Assembly: GCA_045594045.1 (NCBI GenBank)
Contig: JAZNXV010000022.1
Coordinates: 8,663 to 72,662, forward strand
From: Clostridia bacterium
Lineage (GTDB): Bacteria; Bacillota; Clostridia; Christensenellales; QALW01
Direction: 5' to 3'
Length of the DNA: 64,000 bases
This document shows, piece after piece, positions 56,620 to 64,000 of this stretch. The notes beneath the pieces are model-generated. The model did not search any database. It had not been told where the DNA came from and saw only the letters and a program-made list of their open reading frames with translations. Each line of letters begins with the position of its first letter. Position 1 is the stretch's first letter. The position numbers and the translations under genes were made by a program.

Positions 56620-57837
56620 ATGAAACTTAACAACGTAGATTTTGATACTTATTTTAAAAATTATCCCGATGCTAACGGCTTTTTCGGTCCTTACGGCGGT
56701 GCGTACATTTCAGATGAGCTGAAAAACGCCATGCTTGAAATTACCGAAGCCTATTTCACTATTTGCAAATCAAGCAAGTTTATCAGCGAGCTTCGCAGAA
56801 TAAGAAAAGAATTTCAAGGAAGACCAACACCTATTTCCCATCTCGAACGCCTTAGCGCCAGCTTAGGTAACGTTCAGCTTTATGCCAAGCGCGAGGACTT
56901 AAATCATACGGGCGCACACAAGCTTAATCACTGTATGGGTGAAGCACTTTTGGCAAAATATATGGGTAAGAAAAAGGTTATTGCAGAAACAGGTGCCGGT
57001 CAGCACGGTGTTGCCCTTGCAACCGCCGCCGCATATTTTGGTCTTGAATGTGACATTTATATGGGCTCTGTTGATATTAAAAAGCAAGCTCCCAACGTTG
57101 CAAGAATGAAAATTTTAGGTGCTAACGTTATAGAGGTCACTCACGGTCTTGCTACCTTAAAGGAAGCTGTTGACGCCGCCTTTGAAGCTTATGCCAAGGA
57201 ATATAAGGACAGCATCTATTGCATCGGCTCTGTTTTAGGGCCTCACCCATTTCCTATGATGGTGCGCGATTTTCAAAGCGTAGTGGGTATTGAAGCGAGA
57301 GAACAGTTTGTTTCTATGACAGGTGAGCTTCCCGATGCTATAGTAGCCTGCGTTGGCGGCGGCTCAAACGCTATGGGTATGTTTTCAGGCTTCTTGAACG
57401 ATCCCGTTGACATTTACGGCATTGAGCCTTTAGGTAGGGGCGAAAAATTAGGCGACCACGCCGCAAGCCTTAAATACGGAACCGAAGGTATTATGCACGG
57501 CTTTAACAGCATAATGCTTAAGGACGCCAGCGGCGAGCCTGCCCCCGTTTATTCCGTTGCCAGTGGTCTTGACTATCCTTCGTCAGGTCCCGAACACGCA
57601 TTTTTACAAAAGATTGGCAGAGTTAAATACGACGTTATAAACGATGAAGAAACCATTGACGCCTTCTTCACTCTTTCACGCCTTGAAGGCATTATCCCTG
57701 CTATTGAAAGCGCTCACGCCGTTGCTTACGGAATGAAGCTTGCAAAGCAAATGGGCAAGGGCTCTGTTTTAATTAACCTTTCGGGCAGAGGCGATAAGGA
57801 TATGGATTACGTTATTGAAAAATACGGTATCCGTTAA
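56620..57837 (+). CDS. trpB: Tryptophan synthase beta chain (stand-alone)
   Basis: 405 aa from MKLNNVDF with a GGAGG SD (the ORF-track start 56581 is a GTG). It has the PLP-lysine motif HTGAHKLN, plus GAGQHG, GGGSNA and SGRGDKD. Confidence 0.9.
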   Translation: MKLNNVDFDTYFKNYPDANGFFGPYGGAYISDELKNAMLEITEAYFTICKSSKFISELRRIRKEFQGRPTPISHLERLSASLGNVQLYAKREDLNHTGAHKLNHCMGEALLAKYMGKKKVIAETGAGQHGVALATAAAYFGLECDIYMGSVDIKKQAPNVARMKILGANVIEVTHGLATLKEAVDAAFEAYAKEYKDSIYCIGSVLGPHPFPMMVRDFQSVVGIEAREQFVSMTGELPDAIVACVGGGSNAMGMFSGFLNDPVDIYGIEPLGRGEKLGDHAASLKYGTEGIMHGFNSIMLKDASGEPAPVYSVASGLDYPSSGPEHAFLQKIGRVKYDVINDEETIDAFFTLSRLEGIIPAIESAHAVAYGMKLAKQMGKGSVLINLSGRGDKDMDYVIEKYGIR

Positions 57838-57860
57838 GCCGACAAAAATAAAATAACCAT

Positions 57861-57907
57861 AAAAAACGGCATTGATTTAATTTAAAATCAATGCCGTTAT
57901 TTTTTTA
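57861..57907. terminator. Bidirectional intrinsic terminator between the convergent trpB and PG-binding protein genes
   Basis: A 14-bp hairpin AACGGCAUUGAUUU-N6-AAAUCAAUGCCGUU flanked by A6 and U8. Confidence 0.8.
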
Positions 57908-57944
57908 CTCTTTTTTTCTAACTCAAAAAGTCTTTTAGCTTTGT

Positions 57945-58880
57945 TTAAAGCCCTGCAGCCTTCCTTACGCAAGCTTGATGGTCGGAATCAATCTTGTTGG
58001 AGCAATGGGTTCTGCTGTTTTTAAAATGTATGCAATAATGTCCCGTCATATTATTCCCCGAAATTGCGTCGTAGCCGTGAGGGTAGCCGTGGTACGATGC
58101 CGCAATTCGATATCCGCCAACAACAACTATGCAAGCGTGGCGCTTCCAATTCTTATAATACTTGCCCAATGCCTGCTTATATAATGCGGTATCCGTTGAG
58201 CTTACGGGCTCAACGTCAGCATGCTTACTGCCGCCCGTACGTTTAACCGTCCATGAAACACCCGTATCAAAATCGTAAACGGTTGCCGTCATTTGCTTTT
58301 TGAAAATGTTTTTAACCTCGCTCCAATCTAAATACGAGCCCGTTTTTACCACGCCCCCATTAGACGTGACGCTTTGACCGCCCGTGTTTGAAGGTTTAGG
58401 TGTTTTTGCCGGCTTTGCAGTAGGCTTTGCCGTTGGTTTCGGTGTGGGCTTTGGCGTGGGTGAAGGTGTGTTACCGTAGCGGTCCGCCGAAGCATCAATA
58501 GCTTCCATAGGCATACGAACTGCATCGTTTTCATACAGCACCGCATTGGTTTTTTCGCCTACAGTACCCGTTGACTCAACCCCATTATATTTTTGGAAGA
58601 GCTTTACCGCATATTCCGTAAGCTCGCCGTAATAGCCGGTTACCTTATAATTATAATAGCCTAAATCACTCAACCTGCACTGAAGATTAACAACGTCAAA
58701 GCCGTTATCTCCAAGTTTTAAAGAAGGATAACTGTTAGACTTAGCTTCTGCCGTAGTGCTTACGGTTGCGGCGTCCGTTGCCGAAATACCCGTATCAAGT
58801 GCTTGCGCATTTACGGGCACAAGTAAGGACGTAACCGTAATAACAGCAAAAACAACACCAGTAATAAAATACTTAAGCAT
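57945..58880 (-). CDS. Secreted peptidoglycan-binding (PG_binding_1) protein with a Pro/Thr/Lys linker and an unrecognised C-terminal domain
   Basis: 311 aa. It has a signal peptide, a PG_binding_1 repeat (LKLGDNGFDVVNLQCRLSDLGYY...AVKLFQKYNG), and the linker PSPTPKPTPKPTAKPTAKPAKTPKP. I cannot assign the ~140-aa C-terminal domain. Confidence 0.65.
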   Translation of the reverse strand: MLKYFITGVVFAVITVTSLLVPVNAQALDTGISATDAATVSTTAEAKSNSYPSLKLGDNGFDVVNLQCRLSDLGYYNYKVTGYYGELTEYAVKLFQKYNGVESTGTVGEKTNAVLYENDAVRMPMEAIDASADRYGNTPSPTPKPTPKPTAKPTAKPAKTPKPSNTGGQSVTSNGGVVKTGSYLDWSEVKNIFKKQMTATVYDFDTGVSWTVKRTGGSKHADVEPVSSTDTALYKQALGKYYKNWKRHACIVVVGGYRIAASYHGYPHGYDAISGNNMTGHYCIHFKNSRTHCSNKIDSDHQACVRKAAGL

Positions 58881-58899
58881 TTCGACACCTGCCTTTCCG

Positions 58900-58957
58900 A
58901 ATTTGTAATTATTACATTTCTATTACAAATTATAACAGACCGCAACAAAAAAGTCAA
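58900..58957 (-). promoter_or_regulatory. Consensus-like promoter plus 10-bp-arm inverted repeat
   Basis: TTGACT (58957-58952), a 17-nt spacer, TATAAT (58934-58929). The inverted repeat AATTTGTAAT-N12-ATTACAAATT (58900-58931) overlaps the -10 and +1 positions. Confidence 0.55.
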
Positions 58958-59121
58958 TATTTTTTTGTAACCTTTTTGTAATAAATAAAAATCCGCGGTA
59001 AAGCAATCAAAAAGTCTTACCGAAATTGATGTTAATCAACGTTTAAAATATCGTTGTATAACCCAAAAATTAGCTGAAATTGCTTATTAAATATAAAGCT
59101 TTTATTGCAACTTAAACAAAT

Positions 59122-59154
59122 AAAAAACGTCACTATAAAAAGTAGCGACGTTTT
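59122..59154 (-). terminator. Intrinsic terminator after queH
   Basis: AAAACGUCGCUA-CUUUUUA-UAGUGACGUUUU followed by a U-run. It overlaps the queH stop codon. Confidence 0.7.
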
Positions 59155-59749
59155 ATTCTTCCCATTTTGAAAACACACAACCACAATAGTTTTGTCTATA
59201 CAAATCATACTGCTTTGAAAGCTCGATAGAGCGCTTGTATCCGTTTTTCTTTTTAAAATCGCCGGGCAAAAATTTGACACCGTATTTTTTTGCCATATCG
59301 AAGCCGATTTCATTTATCAGCAGTGCGTTTTTGTGAGGTGAAACCGTCAGCGTAGTGGTAAAATACTCAAACCCTTTCTCTTTGGAAAGCCTTGCGGCTT
59401 CTTCAAGGCGCAGTATAAAACATTGAGTGCATCTTGCTCCGCCCTCTTTTTCATTTTCAAGCCCTTTTGCAATAGTTAAAAACTCATCTGTATTATAGGG
59501 AATTTCCAATAAATCAATCTTGTTTTTTGTTTTTAAATTTTTAAGAAGCTTCCTTTGATTTTCAAGGCGCAAATTATATTCTTCAAGGGGCTGAATATTA
59601 GGATTGTACCAAAGCACAGTTACGTTAAAATGCTCTGCCAACACCTCAAGGCAGTATGTACTGCAGGGTCCGCAGCAGCTATGCAATAAAAGCGTAGGTG
59701 TTTTAGTTAGCTCGGCAATAATCTTGTCTTGCTCAAGCTGATATTGCAT
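59153..59749 (-). CDS. queH: Epoxyqueuosine reductase QueH (DUF208)
   Basis: It carries the LLLHSCCGPCS motif and conserved distal Cys residues (CTQC, YCGC). The start is at MQYQLEQ (ORF-track start 59803). Confidence 0.8.
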   Translation of the reverse strand: MQYQLEQDKIIAELTKTPTLLLHSCCGPCSTYCLEVLAEHFNVTVLWYNPNIQPLEEYNLRLENQRKLLKNLKTKNKIDLLEIPYNTDEFLTIAKGLENEKEGGARCTQCFILRLEEAARLSKEKGFEYFTTTLTVSPHKNALLINEIGFDMAKKYGVKFLPGDFKKKNGYKRSIELSKQYDLYRQNYCGCVFSKWEE

Positions 59750-59831
59750 TATTACCACCCCTTTTACATTTATTTTTTCCGTATTACACTTTAAGCTAAA
59801 CAAAGGTGCTTTTTCAGCACCTTTTTAACAG

Positions 59832-60323
59832 TTAAAACTCAACACCCTTCAGCTTACCAAAAAGCTGCATATCCTTAAAATCCTTTTGGCGCAACGCTTC
59901 GTAAAGCACGATGGCAACACTGTTGCACAGATTAAGGGATCGGGCTTCCTCAACCATAGGAATACGAATACACGTATCTAAATTAGCCTTTAAAAGCTCT
60001 TCGGGCAAGCCTTTTGTTTCCTTGCCGAAAACGATAAAGCTTCCGTCGGGCATAGGCATATCGGAATACACCTTTCCACCCTTTGTAGTAGCGTAAAAAA
60101 ACTTTCTGTCGCTGAACTTTTGTTGTACTTCTTCAAAGGAATCGTAATAGCTTATATCTAAAAGATTCCAATAATCAAGACCTGCGCGCTTTAAGCTTTT
60201 ATCGTCAAGAGAAAAGCCAAAGGGTCTGACAAGGTGAAGTGCCGTACCGCTTGCCGCGCAAGTGCGGGCAATATTACCTGTGTTATAAGGTATTTCAGGT
60301 TCTACCAAGACTATATTAAACAT
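59832..60323 (-). CDS. trmL: tRNA (cytidine/uridine-2'-O-)-methyltransferase TrmL (SpoU/TrmH family)
   Basis: 163 aa. The N-terminus is IVLVEPEIPYNTGNIARTCA, and the C-terminal knot motif is SLNLCNSVAIVLYE. Confidence 0.85.
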   Translation of the reverse strand: MFNIVLVEPEIPYNTGNIARTCAASGTALHLVRPFGFSLDDKSLKRAGLDYWNLLDISYYDSFEEVQQKFSDRKFFYATTKGGKVYSDMPMPDGSFIVFGKETKGLPEELLKANLDTCIRIPMVEEARSLNLCNSVAIVLYEALRQKDFKDMQLFGKLKGVEF

Positions 60324-61506
60324 TTTTCAAGTTCTCCACAAAGGTTTTCATTCGTGACATAGCTTCGTTTATATTTTTAAGTGACGAAGCGTAACTGCAA
60401 CGTACAAAGCCTTCACCGCTTGCGCCGAAGGCAGTACCCGGAACGACCGCTACGTGCTGGCTTTCAAGAAGCTTTTTCGCAAATTCTTCACTTGTAAGCC
60501 CCGTACTTTTAATGCACGGAAAAATATAAAACGCTCCCTTGGGCTCAAAGCACTTTAAGCCCATATCGTTCAACGCCTTAAATATTACACGCCTGCGCAT
60601 ATCATAATCGTCGTGCATATGAGAAACGTCGGCAAAATTATCCTCGAAGCCCTTTTCCAGCGCTTCAAGTGCCGCAGCCTGACTCATAGTAGATGCACAC
60701 ATAATAACGTATTGATGTATTTTAAGCATTACCGAAATTATTTCGTTTGGTCCGCACACAAAGCCTATACGCCAGCCTGTCATAGCAAAGGCCTTTGAAA
60801 AGCCGTTGATAACAACAGTGCGCTCGCGCATACCTTCGATTTCAGCAATAGAAACGTGCCTGCCGCCATAGGTAAGCTCCGAATAAATTTCGTCGGAAAT
60901 AACAATTAAATCGTGCTTAATTATAACCTTTGCAATTTCTTCAAGGTGCTCTCGTTCCATAATAGCACCCGTAGGGTTATTGGGATACGGGAAGATAATT
61001 GCCTTTGTTTTGGGTGTAACGGCATTTTCAATCTCTTGGGCAGTTATACGGAAATCGTTTTCCGCCTTTGTTGCAACAGGCACGGGTACACCTTGCACAA
61101 GCGTAACGTTAGGCATATACGAAACGTAGCTGGGGTCAGGAATAATAACCTCGTCCCCCGGAGTAATTATTGCACGCATAGCAAGGTCAATAGCCTCGGA
61201 AGCACCTATTGTAACGATAGTTTCCTTTTGAGGATCGTAATTGAGATTAAGGCGCGCGCTTAAATATTTGCAGATTGCTTGCCTTAAAGTCACACTACCC
61301 GCATTAGACGTATAAGCGGTTTCGCCCTTACGGATAGAATCTATTGCCGCTTCTCTGATATGCCAGGGTGTAACGAAATCAGGCTCGCCCACGCCCAAGG
61401 AAATAGCATCGGGCATAGTTTGTACAATATCAAAGAATTTTCGTATTCCGGACGGCGGAATAGCCGCTACCAGCGGCGAAATTTTATCATTCCAATTTAT
61501 GCTCAC
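60316..61506 (-). CDS. Class I/II PLP-dependent aminotransferase (AspC/AlaT-like)
   Basis: 396 aa with the PLP-lysine motif SKAFAMTGWRIG and the PNNPTG motif. Pairing with an Lrp/AsnC regulator resembles B. subtilis alaR-alaT; this is an inference. Confidence 0.85.
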   Translation of the reverse strand: MSINWNDKISPLVAAIPPSGIRKFFDIVQTMPDAISLGVGEPDFVTPWHIREAAIDSIRKGETAYTSNAGSVTLRQAICKYLSARLNLNYDPQKETIVTIGASEAIDLAMRAIITPGDEVIIPDPSYVSYMPNVTLVQGVPVPVATKAENDFRITAQEIENAVTPKTKAIIFPYPNNPTGAIMEREHLEEIAKVIIKHDLIVISDEIYSELTYGGRHVSIAEIEGMRERTVVINGFSKAFAMTGWRIGFVCGPNEIISVMLKIHQYVIMCASTMSQAAALEALEKGFEDNFADVSHMHDDYDMRRRVIFKALNDMGLKCFEPKGAFYIFPCIKSTGLTSEEFAKKLLESQHVAVVPGTAFGASGEGFVRCSYASSLKNINEAMSRMKTFVENLKNV

Positions 61507-61994
61507 GGTGACACCGCCTGACGCTTATCATCATTTTCACCCGTAAACACGTTACCGTCCTGCTTATAGCGTTTTAAAATAAAGTGCGTAGCACAGCTTA
61601 AAACGTTGTCAAGCACAGAAAGCTTTTCTGATACGAATTTTGCAACTTGACGAATATTGTCACCCTCAACGATTACCATAAGGTCAAAGGCACCGCTCAT
61701 TAAGTAGCAGGATTTAACCTCGTCAAAGGAATATATCGTTCTTGCAATAGCATCAAAGCCCCTATCGCGTTGGGGTGTAATTTTAACCTCAATAAGTGCG
61801 CTTACCTTGTCGTCATTAAGCGCCTCAGGATTGATAACAGCACCGTATCCCATAATGATGCCGTCTTTCTCAAGCTCGGCAACGGCTTGCTCAATTTCGC
61901 TCTTTCCCCTGTCAAGCATTACGGAAAGCTGGTCAGCCGTAAGCTTTGCATCATCGTGCAAAAGCCCAAGTAATTTCCACTTAAGTTCGTTCAT
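61503..61994 (-). CDS. Lrp/AsnC-family transcriptional regulator
   Basis: 163 aa with an N-terminal HTH_AsnC and a C-terminal RAM/AsnC_trans_reg domain. It overlaps the aminotransferase start. Confidence 0.85.
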   Translation of the reverse strand: MNELKWKLLGLLHDDAKLTADQLSVMLDRGKSEIEQAVAELEKDGIIMGYGAVINPEALNDDKVSALIEVKITPQRDRGFDAIARTIYSFDEVKSCYLMSGAFDLMVIVEGDNIRQVAKFVSEKLSVLDNVLSCATHFILKRYKQDGNVFTGENDDKRQAVSP

Positions 61995-62006
61995 AAAAAA
62001 TCCTCC

Positions 62007-62582
62007 TTATTTTACGTCGGAAAGTGCATTTATAGCGTTAAGCGCACCGCCGAAAAGCGCGTTGCGCAATTCCTTGGTCATAAGTATTTTTAAAGGCTCT
62101 CCTTTTTGAATATATACTCTGCACCAAGTAGAAACTCTTTCGGTATTTTCCGAAATGTTCTTGTAAAAGGAATTATCCCAAAACTCCTTTAGTTCTTCTT
62201 TGGTAAGGCTCTTATTATCCACGTCGGCTTTTTTTGCATATTCCGCATATTCTGCCACAGTTAAGGAATATACCTTGCTCATACTGTGCTGATTAACAAC
62301 CACATCAGCATAAAGCATATCGCCTTCAACACCTACGCTCCAAATTTCATAAGATATATCCTGGAAAAGAAAATCGTTTTCTTTGCTTGAGGTGATGAGA
62401 TTTGATATGCTCTCATCTGCCTTAACGGTCATTTCATTGGCGCTTTCATAGGAAAGCTGCTTTAAGTGCAAAAAATAATCGTTTACCGTCTGTTCAACAA
62501 GCTGTTTTTCTTTTGCCGATATACAGCCGCAAAAGCAAACGATACAAAGTAGCAGGGCAATAAGCCTTATTATATTTTTCAT
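62007..62582 (-). CDS. Hypothetical lipoprotein
   Basis: 191 aa with a lipobox (LLLCIVCFCGCIS). Its start overlaps the ddl stop (ATGA). I recognise no family. Confidence 0.55.
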   Translation of the reverse strand: MKNIIRLIALLLCIVCFCGCISAKEKQLVEQTVNDYFLHLKQLSYESANEMTVKADESISNLITSSKENDFLFQDISYEIWSVGVEGDMLYADVVVNQHSMSKVYSLTVAEYAEYAKKADVDNKSLTKEELKEFWDNSFYKNISENTERVSTWCRVYIQKGEPLKILMTKELRNALFGGALNAINALSDVK

Positions 62583-63793
62583 ATTTTGCCAAGCTTTGCG
62601 CCGCCGAATTTTCCTGCCTTTTGCGAATTGCTTGCAAAGCCTGCAATTATTTCGGAATCAAACGCAAAGTTATTTTTCTTTTTTTCTTCAAGTGCCCTTT
62701 GTGCATATTCAATAAGCTTATCAATAAGGCTCTTGTAATCTATCCCCATAGGTTCCCACAGATAGAACGAGAAAGATCCGGGTATAGTGTTGATTTCGTT
62801 AACATAGAGTTCTTTTAATTCGTTATCGCAAATGTAGTCGATTCTGACTACACCCTTGCAATCCATAAGCTTGAAAATGTCAACCGTCATCTTTTGTATG
62901 CGGGCAGTCATTTCGTCAGGAATGGGTGCCGGAATCCTTCTTGATAAAGCTTCCATACCTGCCTGATTCTTTCCGCCGTTTAAATATTTATCCGAAAAGG
63001 TTAAAAACTCGTCGCTGTTATGGGGCATTTCGCACACGGAAGCCTTAACGTCTTCCCCAAAGCCAAGACCCGAGCAGTTAATTTCCTTTGGCTTGTCAAG
63101 ACCCTTTTCAACCAGAATACGTCTGTCATATTCTGCGGCAAGGTCAATAGCAGCAACAAGCTCTTCTCGGTTATGGGCTTTGCTTATGCCGATGCTTGAG
63201 CCCAGGTTAGATGGCTTTACAAACATAGGATATTCTAATTTTTCTTCACACTGTTTTATAATTGCCTGTCTATCGTTTTTCCAAGCATCGCGTCCAAAGT
63301 ACGTGTAAGGAAGCACGGGAAAGCCTGCACCAATGTATGCCGCCTTCATCAAAATTTTATCCATACCTGCGCTTGAGCCTAACACACCGCAAGAGGTGTA
63401 AGGAATATCCGCGAGTTCCAAAAGACCCTGAAGCGTACCGTCCTCACCGTTCAGTCCGTGCATAGCGAGAATTGCCGCATCTATTTTTGCATAAACCGCG
63501 TTTTCCTTTTTAAACAGACCTTTTTTTTCGGGATTGAAGCGGTAAAGCTGTTTTACCTTTGTATTCGCAGGAATATATACGCGGCAAATATCAGTGCTGT
63601 TTTTATCAAAAACTTTAAACGCCTCAATGCTGTTGAGCTTTGGACCTGTAAGCCAATCACCGTCGCGGGTAATATACACAGGGATAGGATTGTATTTTTC
63701 CCTATCCATATTTTGAATTAACTGCTGTGCGGTAACAATCGAAACGTCATGCTCGGCTGTTTTACCGCCGAAAAATACTGCAATATTTAACAT
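62579..63793 (-). CDS. ddl: D-alanine--D-alanine ligase
   Basis: ATP-grasp Ddl features are present (VFFGGKTAEHDVS, HGLNGEDGTLQGLLE). The start is at MLNIAVFF with AAGGAG 8 nt upstream. The ORF-track start 63883 would overlap the upstream gene end. Confidence 0.9.
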   Translation of the reverse strand: MLNIAVFFGGKTAEHDVSIVTAQQLIQNMDREKYNPIPVYITRDGDWLTGPKLNSIEAFKVFDKNSTDICRVYIPANTKVKQLYRFNPEKKGLFKKENAVYAKIDAAILAMHGLNGEDGTLQGLLELADIPYTSCGVLGSSAGMDKILMKAAYIGAGFPVLPYTYFGRDAWKNDRQAIIKQCEEKLEYPMFVKPSNLGSSIGISKAHNREELVAAIDLAAEYDRRILVEKGLDKPKEINCSGLGFGEDVKASVCEMPHNSDEFLTFSDKYLNGGKNQAGMEALSRRIPAPIPDEMTARIQKMTVDIFKLMDCKGVVRIDYICDNELKELYVNEINTIPGSFSFYLWEPMGIDYKSLIDKLIEYAQRALEEKKKNNFAFDSEIIAGFASNSQKAGKFGGAKLGKI

Positions 63794-63839
63794 TTGCGCA
63801 TTCTCCTTACTCATTTTACAACTGATTTTTATGGCCAAA

Positions 63840-64000
63840 TTATTCATTATAGTTATCGGGTAAATCGTTTTCAAATAAAACAACGTCGCCCGGATACGTA
63901 ATTTGATTTAAGATTTTTGTGGCTTCATCAAGAGTATCAACCACGTAAAGTTCACCCTTAAAGCCTTCAAGACCTTCTTTAATCTTTTCAATGCGCTTTT
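63840..64000 (-). CDS. Mur ligase family protein, C-terminal fragment (probable MurF); N-terminus outside window
   Basis: Reverse-strand translation gives ...KRIEKIKEGLEGFKGELYVVDTLDEATKILNQITYPGDVVLFENDLPDNYNE*. The ending resembles Mur-ligase C-termini of Firmicutes, and the gene sits directly upstream of ddl. Confidence 0.45.
   Translation of the reverse strand, partial: KRIEKIKEGLEGFKGELYVVDTLDEATKILNQITYPGDVVLFENDLPDNYNE

Noticed and set aside
59032-59313. A 93-aa ORF overlapping the 3' end of queH, and a 74-aa ORF at 10276-10500.
   Set aside because: They overlap better-supported genes, terminators and promoters. They have no SD and give hydrophobic, low-complexity translations.
1-64000. 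Mobile elements, prophage, defence islands, toxin-antitoxin pairs, retrons and DGRs.
   Set aside because: None of the translated ORFs shows transposase, integrase, recombinase, reverse-transcriptase, nuclease-NTPase or phage structural signatures that I can recognise. No terminal inverted repeats or att-like duplications flank the tRNAs.

Overview
This is a 64-kb chromosomal window from a low-GC, spore-forming Firmicute. The Clostridia-like assignment is an inference from gene content: ytfJ/DUF2953, dacB-like and ylxY-like sporulation genes, an IspH-S1 fusion, and a PurO-type IMP cyclohydrolase. I call about 62 protein genes, almost all on the minus strand, plus 3 tRNAs and two recognisable RNA leaders (a ZTP riboswitch and a Trp T-box). 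Content is mostly core metabolism and cell envelope. Left to right: rimO-ftsK-M16 peptidase-deacetylase, ung, tRNAs, a YtrA-type GntR/ABC operon, birA/mrp, rfbCBD, fbp, a nine-gene purEFMN-purO-purH-purD-purL-fhs operon, a pyrC-carB-pyrKDFEBI operon, ispH::S1-plsC-cmk, an oxaloacetate-decarboxylase-type Na+ pump operon, rluB/dacB/ytfIJ/dinB, a small plus-strand island (amidase, Cys-rich protein, yitT, T-box trpB), and a murF-ddl...trmL-queH operon. I saw no transposase, integrase, prophage, CRISPR/cas, toxin-antitoxin or recognisable defence genes, and no convincing novel multi-gene system. The most interesting unexplained items are these. (1) The operon-encoded PurF homologue lacks the N-terminal Cys nucleophile, and the pyr operon has carB but no carA. 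(2) A ~240-nt leader with a strong terminator and an embedded small ORF sits upstream of the Na+-decarboxylase operon. (3) A degenerate 41-43-bp tandem repeat array lies upstream of dinB. (4) An 8%-cysteine orphan protein and the neighbouring amidase both carry sigma-K-like promoters. All coordinates and folds were worked out by eye, and no database search was possible.
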